Of a stretch of 64,000 nucleotides of DNA, positions 63,689 through 64,000 are shown one piece after another. Every line of letters begins with the position of its first letter. Positions within the stretch are counted from its first letter, which is position 1. The stretch is from Macrostomum lignano (Eukaryota): the NCBI GenBank assembly GCA_002269645.1, contig NIVC01003828.1, positions 10,867-74,866 on the forward strand. The letters run 5' to 3'. A program made the position numbers and the translations under genes. Below the pieces are notes generated by a model that was not told the DNA's origin, did no database searches, and worked only from the letters and a program-made list of their open reading frames with translations.

Positions 63689-64000
63689 GATTATACTGGA
63701 TTAGCCTGGTCTCCCGACTCAGACAAGGCCGAGCTGGCCTGTCTGGCCGCTTGCAATGTAAGAACGCAGGTAATCCATGTAATCCAGAAATCGTTTGCGG
63801 CTGTGGGCCACAAACGCTTTCCCGCGAGCTTTTTCCTATCTTCAGTAGGATGCTCCTTAATAAGATGTTTTTTCAAACTCTTCACTGACAAATTGGCAAA
63901 ATGGGCACAAAAGGATCCCTAGGTTTCCTTTTCCGCGATTTGTACTGGCTTTAGCCTCATACAGAGTAAACAATTCGATCGCTTTTAGCCTCATTTCGCA

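Overview
Animal genomic DNA (GT-AG introns, minisatellite-filled introns, GC-rich exons). The style suggests a macrostomid flatworm, but that is inference only. The window has two compartments. 1-37 kb is genic: an Acinus (ACIN1) orthologue (+, 7 exons, 3328-11510), a GADD45-family gene (+, 4 exons, 13813-18628) and a convergent KLF2/4-type zinc-finger gene (-, main exon 27054-~28201, 5' end unresolved). About 25 different minisatellites are interleaved, at least one in every mapped intron. 37-64 kb is a mosaic of dead mobile DNA: at least 7 Crypton-like tyrosine-recombinase (DUF3504-type) fragments, a 3.5-kb frameshifted Gypsy, a Gypsy 3' end with its LTR, a long-TIR Tc1/IS630-like element, LINE, mariner and piggyBac fragments, and a degraded SF3-helicase (parvovirus/CRESS-like) remnant. 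The strongest unexplained signal is the 8-mer CCATAGAC/GTCTATGG. I counted 28 exact copies by eye (about 2 expected at uniform composition). They cluster around the recombinase fragments and sit in inverted and head-to-head arrangements, as expected for a recombinase end or recognition site. Other notable features are a tandem array of RFX X-boxes, an exon-like island bracketed by inverted minisatellites, and a 2.9-kb CpG desert. All calls come from manual reading and translation; no searches were run.
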